Positions 1 through 7,789 of a stretch of DNA of 64,000 nt are shown in pieces. Positions within the stretch are counted from its first letter, which is position 1. Every line of letters starts with the position of its first letter. The position numbers and the translations under genes were made by a program. The DNA comes from a virus: IMG/VR virus record IMGVR_UViG_3300025141_000022, positions 96,001 through 160,000 of that record. One strand, given 5' to 3'. Under the pieces are notes generated by a model, which was not told the origin of the DNA, did not search any database, and was given only the letters and a program-made list of their open reading frames with translations.

Positions 1-1
1 T

Positions 2-172
2 GCGGGCGCACAAAGTGTTTCTTTAAGCAAGTTGCCTTTTGAGCAGTGGGCAGATCAGGTAGTTCAGATGTCGGGTAGAATGTCAGTTAATGAATTGCCA
101 AAATATATTAATTATTATGATGCCTGGATGGCTGGTGTGGCTCCAGAATCTATCATTGATACAATAAAATAA
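2..172 (+). CDS. 3' end of a hypothetical protein cut by the window edge
   Basis: Open frame from base 2 (AGAQSVSLSKLPFEQWADQ...DTIK) to TAA 170-172; the next gene starts at 187. Confidence 0.55.
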   Translation, partial: AGAQSVSLSKLPFEQWADQVVQMSGRMSVNELPKYINYYDAWMAGVAPESIIDTIK

Positions 173-186
173 AAAGGAATAATATT

Positions 187-513
187 ATGAAAATTACAAA
201 AGCACAACTTAAGCGAATAATTTTAGAAGAACTTAAAGCCGTGACAGAACTTGACAAACTTGATGATCAGGATCCGACTGCAGAAAGGCCCCCGGAGTCC
301 ACCATGGATACATCAAAGATTGATCGAACTGGTGCCAAAGCTGGTGAAGAGATGCGTGACGTACAACTGGCAACAAAGTATTTGAAGAAAATCGACAACC
401 ATAAAGAATTCGGACAACTACTCGCAGCCGTTCTAAAGCATGCCGAACAAGATCCACAGATGCAGGCTGTTCTTAAAAGAATGTTTCAACGCCGTCGAGA
501 TGTGGGAGTATAG
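187..513 (+). CDS. Putative internal head protein with MKITK-type leader
   Basis: N-terminus MKITKAQLKRIILEE is shared with ORFs at 991, 1339 (internal) and 6311; AAGGA RBS upstream. Confidence 0.7.
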   Translation: MKITKAQLKRIILEELKAVTELDKLDDQDPTAERPPESTMDTSKIDRTGAKAGEEMRDVQLATKYLKKIDNHKEFGQLLAAVLKHAEQDPQMQAVLKRMFQRRRDVGV

Positions 514-523
514 GGAGAACACA

Positions 524-994
524 GTGGCTAAAAGAAAAAATGTAAAGAGAATTGACCCGAGATACTTTTTGGATGAAACAGTGCATAGAGGGCTGGATGA
601 AGGTGTCGTAAAAAAGCCCTTTGGAGACACCATGATCACGCACGACGATTATGAGCAGTCTGACGAGCCTCCTCGCGATGACACTGGTGAGCCGCCCCTC
701 ACACAACGCTCGCAACGTAAACTTAGCCACGATCATATGCTGGCAAGAATTAACGATGCAAAGCTATACCTCCAACAACAAGAGGACCCAGTTGCGTCAG
801 AACTCTCGCAGGAGCTTGATGGCGTAATACACACTATGGAGTTGCTAAATGATTATTTTATGGGTGATATGCCCGCAGACGCGAATCCATTGAGCCGAAG
901 ACCTCCCGGTGGAGGACTCGGTGGTCCGGGTAAAGGCCCCAGGCATATGCGCGGAGACTCGGGAGGCGGCTACCCAGAAGAGGAGATGTCGTGA
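524..994 (+). CDS. Putative internal head protein with DPRYFLxE leader (GTG start at 524)
   Basis: GGGAG RBS at 513-517, then GTG 524. The N-terminus AKRKNVKRIDPRYFLDE matches ORF 13199 (KNNKRRDPRYFLNE). Confidence 0.7.
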   Translation: MAKRKNVKRIDPRYFLDETVHRGLDEGVVKKPFGDTMITHDDYEQSDEPPRDDTGEPPLTQRSQRKLSHDHMLARINDAKLYLQQQEDPVASELSQELDGVIHTMELLNDYFMGDMPADANPLSRRPPGGGLGGPGKGPRHMRGDSGGGYPEEEMS

Positions 995-1704
995 AAATCA
1001 CAAAAGCAAAATTAAAAGAAATCATTATGGAAGAGATCGTTAAAGAGTCTCTAGATGATTATCATTTCGGTTTTGACCCAACACACAATCAGCCAAAAAT
1101 TAGTTCTGCTCAGGCAGCAGAAGAGGCGCTGTGGCACTGGTATGAAGAAGCGTTTATGAATAATGCGATGCCTCTTCTATTAGAATCATACCCCGAGGTT
1201 GCAGGTTATAGTCCATCTAATCCATCAGAGCTTCTTGATGTGCTATCAGATCTTAATCGACAATTTAAAGAAAATACAGTGGGCAGACACTCTCAGGAAG
1301 ACGATCCTATGATGAATGCACCAATGATGGAGAACAAAATGAAGATTACAAAAAAAGAATTTAGACAGATTGTCTTGGAAGAGTTGAGAGAGTGCATGTG
1401 TGATTCTGCACCTATTGTTGAGTACGAGACAGAAGAAGGCGAGATCGAAAGAATAGTAAACAAGTTACGTCAAGCTATGATGCACAAGTCAGAGCAAGAG
1501 GTAGGCCCGGCAGTTCAGGCCCTCAGAATGTTTATTGATTCTCTTGAAATGGCACAATCCGAGGAAGAGCTTGACCAGTTGGTACAAGACCTATCTGGCT
1601 CATCAGTACCAGAGTTTGAGGCGTCCCCAATAGTCGAAAGTACGATGCCGCTTGCGATGCTAAAAGAGGTCTTAAAGAGGCATTTTAGCACGCTTTTGAA
1701 ATAA
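991..1704 (+). CDS. Putative internal head protein with two MKITK-type leaders
   Basis: GTG start overlaps the upstream TGA. MKITKAKLKEIIMEE at the N-terminus and MKITKKEFRQIVLEE at 1339. Confidence 0.7.
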   Translation: MKITKAKLKEIIMEEIVKESLDDYHFGFDPTHNQPKISSAQAAEEALWHWYEEAFMNNAMPLLLESYPEVAGYSPSNPSELLDVLSDLNRQFKENTVGRHSQEDDPMMNAPMMENKMKITKKEFRQIVLEELRECMCDSAPIVEYETEEGEIERIVNKLRQAMMHKSEQEVGPAVQALRMFIDSLEMAQSEEELDQLVQDLSGSSVPEFEASPIVESTMPLAMLKEVLKRHFSTLLK

Positions 1705-1709
1705 AAATA

Positions 1710-1738
1710 TTGACATTATAACGTAACTGTGTTAATAT
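1710..1738 (+). promoter_or_regulatory. sigma70-type promoter (early/middle)
   Basis: TTGACA 1710-1715, 17-bp spacer, TGn-TAATAT 1733-1738, intergenic. Confidence 0.7.
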
Positions 1739-1762
1739 TTAGTTGTGAATTGCATCGAGGCC

Positions 1763-1855
1763 ATGCCGGCCAGCGCCCTGCTGGCTATTATTTGTAGTTA
1801 CCTAGCTATGTTTGCGCTAGGGTGGCTTATTGGCGTGTCCACTAAGGAGAGTTAA
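1763..1855 (+). CDS. 30-aa single-pass membrane peptide (not in the ORF track)
   Basis: GAGG 1757-1760, ATG 1763, MPASALLAIICSYLAMFALGWLIGVSTKES, TAA 1853-1855. It fills the gap between the promoter and the Mre11-Rad50 gene. Confidence 0.55.
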   Translation: MPASALLAIICSYLAMFALGWLIGVSTKES

Positions 1856-1856
1856 A

Positions 1857-4800
1857 TTGAAGTTCGCACACATTGCTGATACGCATATTAAAAATTTAAA
1901 ATATCATTATGAGTATAAGGTTGTTTTTGAACAACTCTATAAAAGACTAAAAGAAGAAAAAGTTGATTGCATCGTCCACTGTGGTGATATTGCACACACA
2001 AAGACACAGATTTCACCAGAGTTTGTGGAGTTGTGCTCTGACTTTTTTCGAAACCTTGAGTCAATCGCACCCACATATATTATTTTGGGAAACCACGATG
2101 GCAATCTAAAGAATAGTAGTCGCCAAGACGCACTTACGCCTATTGTGGAGGCTCTTGAATTGCCAAATCTTCATTTGCTGAAGAATTCTGGCGAGACACA
2201 TATCAACAATGATGTCTGCTTGAATGTTCTATCAGTATTTGACGAAGACAATTGGATGGCACCTACGGAGTCTGATAAAATTAATATTGCCCTTTACCAT
2301 GGTTCTATTTCTGGCGTAAAAACAGATATTGGATGGGTCATGGAACACGGAGAGCACGACATATCCATTTTCGATAAATTTGATTTTGCTTTTCTGGGAG
2401 ATATCCATAAAACAAATCAAGCCATAGATCGAGAAGGGAGGATACGCTATCCCGGTAGTACAATTCAGCAAAACCATGGAGAAACAAATGATAAGGGTAT
2501 TCTTATTTGGGACATCCACAACAAGCAAGACTGGGATGTATACCATATCGCATTTGAAAATCCAAAGCCGTTTGTCACAATTGAATTAACGCCAAAAGGA
2601 AGACTTAGAAAAAACAAAAAGATCCCCACCGGCGCACGTCTAAGACTAGTATCTAATAATAACCTGCCTTTAGATAAAATGAAGAAGGCCGTTGAAGTTG
2701 CAAAGCATAGATACAATCCAGAATCTATTACTTTTTTAAATCGCGCCGCAGGCTCAAGGGGAAATGTTGATGATTTGACTGGCAATATGATGAAGACCAA
2801 TCTTCGTGATATGGCTGTACAAGAAAAGTTTATTCGCGAATATCTGAAAGATTATGAACTTGAGGAAGGTGCCATACAAAAGGTGTTCGATCTGAACAAG
2901 AAGTATAATAAGCTTGTCGAAGACGGAGAAGAAGTTTCCAGAAATATTAATTGGAAATTGCAGTCGTTAGAGTGGGACAATCTATTTAACTACGGAAAGG
3001 GGAACCGAATTGGGTTTGATAAGTTAAATGGAATTGTTGGTATCTTTGGCAAAAATTATTCTGGTAAATCTTCTATCATTGATAGTGTATTGTATACCTT
3101 ATTCAATTCTACCTCAAAGAATGAACGTAAGAATCTTAATATTATTAACCAAAATTGCGATGTGGGGCGAGGAAGATTACGAATTAAAATCGGAGACGAA
3201 GAATACCAAATCGAGAGAACATCTGAAAAGTACATTAGAAAGCTTAAAGGAGAGACAACGCAGGAGGCAAAAACGGACCTAGAGTTTACAAGCACGAATA
3301 GAATTCTTGGCGAAGACAAGGTTCACAACGGCTTGACAAGAAACGAAACAGACAAGAATATTCGCAAAATGTTTGGAACACTAGATGACTTCTTGCTGAC
3401 TTCGATGGCCAGTCAAAATGAGTCCTTGGCCTTTATTAAAGAGGGTTCAACTCGACGCAAGGAAATTCTTGCTAAATTTTTAGATCTTGAAATATTTGAT
3501 AAGAAGTTCAAGATGGCCAAGGAGGACGTTGCAGATCTTCGCGGAGCTATCCGCCGCCTTCAAGGTCGCGATTTTGATGAAGACATCGATGTTGCATCGC
3601 AAGAACTGCTCATGGCCGAAGAAGAGATCGAGGTCCACAAGAAAGAGTGCCAAGACTGTGAGGTTACGATTGAGCAGCTAAAAGAAACGCTAAAGCTGGT
3701 TGAAGAAAAGATTTCTTCTATCCCGCAAGAAGTTATCGATATCGTTCAGGTAAAAGATGATTTTAATGCCAAACAAGAACAAACCACCTCGTTGAAGTCT
3801 AAAATTGAGGTACTATACGCTGATCGAAAGATCAAGCAAGAACTGTTCTCTAAAATTAATGATTTCACCAGCAAATATGATATCGATGAACTGAAAGATA
3901 AAAAGCAAAAAATTGATGAGATAGAGGAGTCGATAGAAAATGTCTTGGTCAGCTTACATCGAGAACAGCAAGAGCAGAGCCGTAATAAGAAAAAGGAACA
4001 GCTACTGAAAGAGCATGAATATGATCCCGACTGTACATATTGTTGTGAAAATAAGTTTGTCAAAGAGGCTCATGTTGCTGTAGCCAACATTGTGCTTAAT
4101 GAAAGGAAAATAAAGTCTTTCACGTTGAGTGTTGATTCTTACCGCGATGACCTTGAGGCAATGAAGCCGCAACAAGTTAGTGACCGAATTGACAAATATA
4201 ATCATATACTAGAAAGTAGAGCAGAGTTATCAAACGAAATAGCAAATTTGAATATTTCAATTGAGAGAAACAAGCTAGCTGCAGAAAGGACACAAAGGGA
4301 ATCAGCCGAACTACAAGAAAAGTTGGATTTATACGAAAAAAATAAAGAAGCCATCGAAAGTATGCAAAAGTTGATCAAACTCAGACAGGGCACGATGAAG
4401 AAGATAGATATTAATGCAGCTTCTTTAAAGGTTTGCCAAGAAGAATTGGCAGATTTGTATATGGCGCAAGGCTCGTGTGAGCAGAAGCTACAACACTTAG
4501 AGGATCTGAAGGAAGAGTTTGAGAACTTGCAAGAAGAGTATTCTGCCTATGACTTGTTCATGCGCAGCATGCACACTAGCGGAATTTCTTATGATATTAT
4601 CAAAAAGAAGTTGCCCGCAATTAATAATGAGATTGCTAAAGTATTAGCCAATGTTGTAAATTTTGAAGTCTTTTTTGAAGACGATGGCAAAAGACTCAAC
4701 ATCTTTATTAAACATCCACAATATGAGCCGCGCCCATTAGAGATGGGATCAGGTGCAGAAAAGTCTATCGCAGCTATGGCAATTCGACTGTCTTTACTTT

Positions 4801-5018
4801 CTGTGTCTAATTTACCAAAGGGCGATCTATTTATATTAGATGAACCCGGCACTGCCTTAGATGCCGACAACATGGAAGGATTTGTTAGAATTTTAGATAT
4901 GGTTAAGAATTACTACAAGACAGTGTTGTTGATTTCGCACATGGATACGCTAAAGGACGTGGCAGATGTTGTAATTGCAATAGAAAAGAAAGACGGATTT
5001 GCCAATGTCAACGTCTAA
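1857..5018 (+). CDS. Fused Mre11/SbcD (gp47) nuclease and Rad50/SbcC (gp46) ATPase
   Basis: TTG 1857 after an AAGGAG RBS. Phosphoesterase motifs HIADTH, HCGDIAH, ILGNHD, FLGDIH; Walker A GKNYSGKSS; CTYC zinc hook in coiled coil; signature MGSGAEK; Walker B FILDEP; H-loop LISH. Confidence 0.93.
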   Translation: MKFAHIADTHIKNLKYHYEYKVVFEQLYKRLKEEKVDCIVHCGDIAHTKTQISPEFVELCSDFFRNLESIAPTYIILGNHDGNLKNSSRQDALTPIVEALELPNLHLLKNSGETHINNDVCLNVLSVFDEDNWMAPTESDKINIALYHGSISGVKTDIGWVMEHGEHDISIFDKFDFAFLGDIHKTNQAIDREGRIRYPGSTIQQNHGETNDKGILIWDIHNKQDWDVYHIAFENPKPFVTIELTPKGRLRKNKKIPTGARLRLVSNNNLPLDKMKKAVEVAKHRYNPESITFLNRAAGSRGNVDDLTGNMMKTNLRDMAVQEKFIREYLKDYELEEGAIQKVFDLNKKYNKLVEDGEEVSRNINWKLQSLEWDNLFNYGKGNRIGFDKLNGIVGIFGKNYSGKSSIIDSVLYTLFNSTSKNERKNLNIINQNCDVGRGRLRIKIGDEEYQIERTSEKYIRKLKGETTQEAKTDLEFTSTNRILGEDKVHNGLTRNETDKNIRKMFGTLDDFLLTSMASQNESLAFIKEGSTRRKEILAKFLDLEIFDKKFKMAKEDVADLRGAIRRLQGRDFDEDIDVASQELLMAEEEIEVHKKECQDCEVTIEQLKETLKLVEEKISSIPQEVIDIVQVKDDFNAKQEQTTSLKSKIEVLYADRKIKQELFSKINDFTSKYDIDELKDKKQKIDEIEESIENVLVSLHREQQEQSRNKKKEQLLKEHEYDPDCTYCCENKFVKEAHVAVANIVLNERKIKSFTLSVDSYRDDLEAMKPQQVSDRIDKYNHILESRAELSNEIANLNISIERNKLAAERTQRESAELQEKLDLYEKNKEAIESMQKLIKLRQGTMKKIDINAASLKVCQEELADLYMAQGSCEQKLQHLEDLKEEFENLQEEYSAYDLFMRSMHTSGISYDIIKKKLPAINNEIAKVLANVVNFEVFFEDDGKRLNIFIKHPQYEPRPLEMGSGAEKSIAAMAIRLSLLSVSNLPKGDLFILDEPGTALDADNMEGFVRILDMVKNYYKTVLLISHMDTLKDVADVVIAIEKKDGFANVNV

Positions 5019-5256
5019 GAAGTATATTATCTTACCGTATGATGGAAATGAACAGAGATTAAGCTTAGAAAACGTTGAAACAAAATTAACAACTCACGTT
5101 AAGATGGATGACATCCATAAATTTTTAAGATATGTCCACTCGCTTGAGGATCTTGCGTTCGCTGTAAAAGATTTAGAATACGAAAAATATAAAAAATACT
5201 TCAATAAAATCGAGAATGTTAATTTTTGTTATGCAATACCCGCCGAGAAGGACTAA
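4999..5256 (+). CDS. Hypothetical protein
   Basis: 85-aa ORF overlapping the upstream stop; no recognised motif. Confidence 0.55.
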   Translation: MPMSTSKKYIILPYDGNEQRLSLENVETKLTTHVKMDDIHKFLRYVHSLEDLAFAVKDLEYEKYKKYFNKIENVNFCYAIPAEKD

Positions 5257-5259
5257 TTA
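5252..5259 (+). promoter_or_regulatory. Putative phage late promoter (aCTAnTTA)
   Basis: ACTAATTA 22 bp before the lysis-like cassette; the same motif recurs before most structural operons. Confidence 0.6.
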
Positions 5260-5280
5260 TAGTATACTTTTGGAGGTATA

Positions 5281-5472
5281 GTGATGAAAAAAGGATATTT
5301 AGATAAAATAATGGAGAGAGTAATCTCTCGTAAATTATTCACATTCTTAACCGCAACTGGACTTATGTTGTGGTCTGATTTGGCATCAGAAACCTGGGGT
5401 ATGATTGCGATGGTGTACATCGGAACTCAGGGTGCGATTGACGCTATGAAGGCGTATAGGCACGGAGAATAG
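5281..5472 (+). CDS. Holin-like small membrane protein
   Basis: 63 aa with an SRKL motif followed by two hydrophobic helices; GGAGG RBS; adjacent GTG/ATG start codons. Confidence 0.55.
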   Translation: MMKKGYLDKIMERVISRKLFTFLTATGLMLWSDLASETWGMIAMVYIGTQGAIDAMKAYRHGE

Positions 5473-5473
5473 A

Positions 5474-5878
5474 ATGACTTGGCTAGCATTTACAGTTGCT
5501 ATGAAAAAGGCATGGGTTTGGTGCAAGCACCATTGGAAGATTGTAGCCATTGGTATTTGGACCTTGGTTGTGTATTTGATTGCGCGTGGAAACGTGCGTA
5601 ATTATAAAAAAGTTCTTGAGCAAACGATTAAAAGCTATGAGGCTGAGCGGGATGCAGTAGACAAAACATATCAAGAAGAACTTGATAGAAGAAATCAGGC
5701 GCTTAAAAAACACAATGAGGCGCTGAGACTTTTAGAAGAAAAATACAGCAACGCTGAGGAAGAGCTATCTTATGAAAAAAGAGCGAGGTTTACAGAATTG
5801 ATGAAAATGCACGATGAAGATCCGCAAACAATTAATGAATTGCTTCAGAGGGAGTTTGGGTTTACTTATGTGGAATAA
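5474..5878 (+). CDS. Membrane-anchored coiled-coil protein, i-spanin (Rz)-like
   Basis: N-terminal TM segment (IVAIGIWTLVVYLIA) followed by about 90 aa of charged heptad-like sequence; follows the holin-like gene. Confidence 0.5.
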   Translation: MTWLAFTVAMKKAWVWCKHHWKIVAIGIWTLVVYLIARGNVRNYKKVLEQTIKSYEAERDAVDKTYQEELDRRNQALKKHNEALRLLEEKYSNAEEELSYEKRARFTELMKMHDEDPQTINELLQREFGFTYVE

Positions 5879-6314
5879 ATTTTTAGCAATATTTCTAAGC
5901 TTTAATCTTGCAGTACCGATGACAGCGTTTGCAGAAGATCCTCAATTTACCAATTTGGAAATAGGAGAGGCGGCGCCTTTTGCTGGAACTTTGTTCAACC
6001 CAGCGGCTGTATCTGAGTTGATAGTTGATAGTCAATTTTCTATGGATGAGTGTGATTTACGCATACAATTTGAAAAAGATCGGATCGCAGCACAATACCA
6101 ACTGCAGTTGGACATTTTACAAGCTAGTTATGATGGTTTACAAGAAAGGCACACTCTTTTGATGGACATCAAGCAAGAAGAAATTGATACTTATAGGGAT
6201 ATGGCCCTAGAGAGGCCAAATCGGAACAACCATTGGTGGCTAGCCGGTGGCGTCCTATCGGGTATTGGATTAACAATAGGAGTCCTTTGGGCCACACAGG
6301 AGATACAACAATGA
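5868..6314 (+). CDS. Exported protein with signal peptide, coiled coil and C-terminal TM helix
   Basis: ATG 5868 overlaps the upstream gene. Signal peptide MWNKFLAIFLSFNLAVPMTAFA/EDP; C-terminal WWLAGGVLSGIGLTIGVLWA. Confidence 0.6.
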   Translation: MWNKFLAIFLSFNLAVPMTAFAEDPQFTNLEIGEAAPFAGTLFNPAAVSELIVDSQFSMDECDLRIQFEKDRIAAQYQLQLDILQASYDGLQERHTLLMDIKQEEIDTYRDMALERPNRNNHWWLAGGVLSGIGLTIGVLWATQEIQQ

Positions 6315-6631
6315 AAATATCAAAAGGTAGATTAAAGCAACTTATCATGGAAGAGATGAGCTATATAGAAGAGGGCGGAGAAGCCGGCCACTTAGAGCCC
6401 GTGCGCTCATTTGATAGACTCTTTGAAAAAGGCGCCGCTGGTGACGTTTTTGCAGAAGCTGTAGCAAATGAGTTAATGCTAGATGAAGAAGAAGATTTTC
6501 TGGCTATGCGAGGTAGCATTCAACGTGCGTTGGTAGATTGGTATAGACGCCATCAAAGTCAGAGATATCCAACCGGCGCCACCCCTGGTGCCCCGATGCA
6601 AGAAACTAACAAGAAAAAGCGTGGGAAATGA
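6311..6631 (+). CDS. Putative internal head protein with MKISK-type leader (ATG 6311)
   Basis: AGGAG RBS at 6298-6302; N-terminus MKISKGRLKQLIMEE. Confidence 0.7.
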   Translation: MKISKGRLKQLIMEEMSYIEEGGEAGHLEPVRSFDRLFEKGAAGDVFAEAVANELMLDEEEDFLAMRGSIQRALVDWYRRHQSQRYPTGATPGAPMQETNKKKRGK

Positions 6632-7023
6632 AAAAGAAGGATGGTCGTTACATAGCTAATATGGAAAAAGCCATTGCAAAAAAATATGGCATGGAAGCAA
6701 CTATCAATCCTAAGTTTTATTGGAATTCGGACAAAGAAAAAGACTATCTGGAGCAGCTAAAGGAGGCGGTCGAACTCGACCGTGAACAGGAGCACAAAAC
6801 AGAAAAGGTCGAAATAAACGGTGTTTTAATTTCTAAAAAACTACTTAATAAAGAGACAGAACGCAAGTGTCCTGTTTGCAGTATCTATTCATTTGATGTT
6901 AGAGATGATGTTTATATGAGTAAATACGATTGTTGCTGGAAGTGCTACATACAACATGTAGAAGACAGAGAGGAACGATGGCAATCAGGATGGCGCCCAG
7001 AGTCAACAAAAAAGGAAGTTTAA
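6628..7023 (+). CDS. Hypothetical protein with probable zinc site
   Basis: CPVC...CCWKC cysteine cluster. Confidence 0.65.
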   Translation: MKKKDGRYIANMEKAIAKKYGMEATINPKFYWNSDKEKDYLEQLKEAVELDREQEHKTEKVEINGVLISKKLLNKETERKCPVCSIYSFDVRDDVYMSKYDCCWKCYIQHVEDREERWQSGWRPESTKKEV

Positions 7024-7026
7024 ATA

Positions 7027-7581
7027 ATGGCGGATACATTAGAAATCATAAGAGCAATTTCACAAGCCCAAGCAGCTTCATATGACGGTGCCCATGATGA
7101 AAGATATTCATGGGACGGTGAAGCACATAAGGTTGGCCTAAGAAGGGAAGAAGGAGACATCATCCTAGATTCCAGAGTCAATGACGGTTATGCAATTAAA
7201 TATCATGGAGATCGACTTTGTATCCACTACCATGCAGAACCCCCGCTAAAAGAAGTACATGGAAGCCAATTTGAAGCAGATGTTGAAAGTACCATCTCTT
7301 CAATCGCCTCCTTCTTAAAAAAGGAATATAAGGCTGCAACCGGAAATTCATTGTCCTTAACAGCCGAAGGAGAAGTTGATATACTAGTACAAAATACCTC
7401 TAGAGTTCGTACAATTGTGCAGGCTCATAGGTATTATAAAATCGGAGGCTTAAGTGATGTCGAGTCAGTCCCAACAGTCGAAAGACCTGATGAGAGAAAA
7501 ATTGACAAAGCCTTTAAAGATTGGTTGGCGCTAGGGGACGGCCCAAAGCCTAAAAATGTAACAAGAAAGGGGAAACAATAG
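7027..7581 (+). CDS. Hypothetical protein
   Basis: 184-aa ORF tightly packed with its neighbours, AAGGA RBS. Confidence 0.65.
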   Translation: MADTLEIIRAISQAQAASYDGAHDERYSWDGEAHKVGLRREEGDIILDSRVNDGYAIKYHGDRLCIHYHAEPPLKEVHGSQFEADVESTISSIASFLKKEYKAATGNSLSLTAEGEVDILVQNTSRVRTIVQAHRYYKIGGLSDVESVPTVERPDERKIDKAFKDWLALGDGPKPKNVTRKGKQ

Positions 7582-7779
7582 ATGGTCTTAGAAGAGTTGC
7601 AAGAAATTATCAATGCTCTCTCAAAAGCCGCCGGTGATGCAGATAAGTTTGACAATAAGAACAATGCATCTGCAGGCCGCCGCGTTCGAAAAGCCGCAAT
7701 GGAAGCAATTAAAGATTTGCGAGCATTAAGAAAGAGTGTTATTGAGGAATTAAACGAAAGAAAAGAAGACAAAGAATAG
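7582..7779 (+). CDS. Histone H1-like Hc1-family small DNA-binding protein
   Basis: DADKFDNKNNASAGRRVRKAAMEAIKDLRALRKSV resembles the Hc1 core pattern (K.EKGNKAA..R.RK.S..L.K..K..RK.S) of Chlamydia and Bacteroidota. Confidence 0.7.
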   Translation: MVLEELQEIINALSKAAGDADKFDNKNNASAGRRVRKAAMEAIKDLRALRKSVIEELNERKEDKE

Positions 7780-7789
7780 TTAGTGTACA

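Noticed and set aside
440-523. Track start of ORF 440..994
   Set aside because: It overlaps ORF 187 by 74 bp. GTG 524 has an RBS and exposes the DPRYFL leader.
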